64,000 bases of DNA from Syntrophales bacterium (GTDB taxonomy: Bacteria > Desulfobacterota > Syntrophia > Syntrophales > UBA8958), in the NCBI GenBank assembly GCA_035358955.1, contig DAORXN010000001.1, positions 130,403-194,402 on the forward strand, given 5' to 3'. Made by a program: the position numbers and the translations under genes. Positions 63,820 to 64,000 of this stretch are shown one piece after another; positions within the stretch are counted from its first letter, which is position 1, and the number at the start of each line of letters is the position of its first letter. The notes under the pieces were generated by a model that was not told the origin of the DNA, ran no database searches, and saw nothing but the letters and a program-made list of their open reading frames with translations.

Positions 63820-63848
63820 TTGACATGGCCCGCTGTTTAGCATATGAA
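63820..63848 (+). promoter_or_regulatory. sigma70-like promoter TTGACA-17 nt-TATGAA
   Basis: -35 at 63820-63825 and -10 at 63843-63848, about 40 nt before the GTG at 63889. Confidence 0.4.
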
Positions 63849-63888
63849 ATTCACTGAGTATTTTGTCGGCTTTGGGAGGTATGAGAAC

Positions 63889-64000
63889 GTGAAAGATGAC
63901 ATCTTCATCAAGGGGAAATTAGACAAGCGCCTGGCGCATAGGCTGATCCTGAAGGGAGAACTTTCGGAAGCAGAGCTTCAAGCATATTTGGCCGGACTTC
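63889..64000 (+). CDS. hypothetical protein, 3' end outside the window
   Basis: GTG 9 nt after GGGAGG. The frame is open to the window edge (VKDDIFIKGKLDKRLAHRLILKGELSEAELQAYLAGL). Too short to classify. Confidence 0.3.
   Translation, partial: MKDDIFIKGKLDKRLAHRLILKGELSEAELQAYLAGL

Noticed and set aside
1-64000. Searched by eye for CRISPR arrays, IS elements or transposases, integrases, toxin-antitoxin pairs, restriction-modification or other known defence genes, rRNA, and TGA-split selenoprotein genes.
   Set aside because: I recognised none. All large ORFs resolve to housekeeping families or the hypotheticals listed. Manual inspection could miss short or degenerate elements.

Overview
This is a gene-dense 64-kb chromosomal window with about 59 protein-coding calls on both strands. 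Many adjacent genes overlap start and stop codons by 4 nt (ATGA, GTGA or TTGA), which suggests translational coupling. The host looks like an anaerobic bacterium, given rubrerythrin, a Tat-exported FAD reductase, selC and a PflX-type radical-SAM enzyme. Gene neighbourhoods resemble deltaproteobacteria (Thermodesulfobacteriota), but that taxonomy is inference only.

The content is mostly housekeeping:
- DNA repair and replication: mutM, xthA, uvrA, mfd, priA.
- Translation and RNA: fmt, rsmB, a TrmH-family methyltransferase, rsfS, a Ski2/HelY-like helicase.
- Cofactors: bioD-bioF-bioA, thiC, moeA, menG/ubiE.
- Envelope: hldD, hldC, lgt, PBP4, a SurA-like PPIase, an M14 amidase.
- Central metabolism and transport: tkt, crotonase, trxB, livHMGF plus a distant LivK-like binding protein, and an Opp/Dpp-type permease pair.

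RNA and regulatory features are tRNA-Glu(UUC), tRNA-Sec(UCA), a TPP riboswitch ahead of thiC, several clear intrinsic terminators and a few sigma70-like promoters. I saw no CRISPR array, rRNA, transposase or integrase.

The most noteworthy observations are:
1. A roughly 0.8-kb insert directly after selC, bounded by a 42-nt partial copy of the tRNA-Sec variable and T arms. It carries one Pro/Cys-rich secreted-protein gene that seems to need an ATT start.
2. A three-gene cluster: an SPFH protein with a triple zinc-ribbon tail, an internally duplicated double zinc-ribbon protein, and an M14 peptidase.
3. A predicted leaderless xth-DUF484-helicase operon.
4. A KdnB/KdnA-like gene pair next to hldD.
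5. An unlisted 36-aa hyper-basic ORF.

None of these is an unambiguous new system. All functional assignments come from motif recognition by eye, not from database searches.
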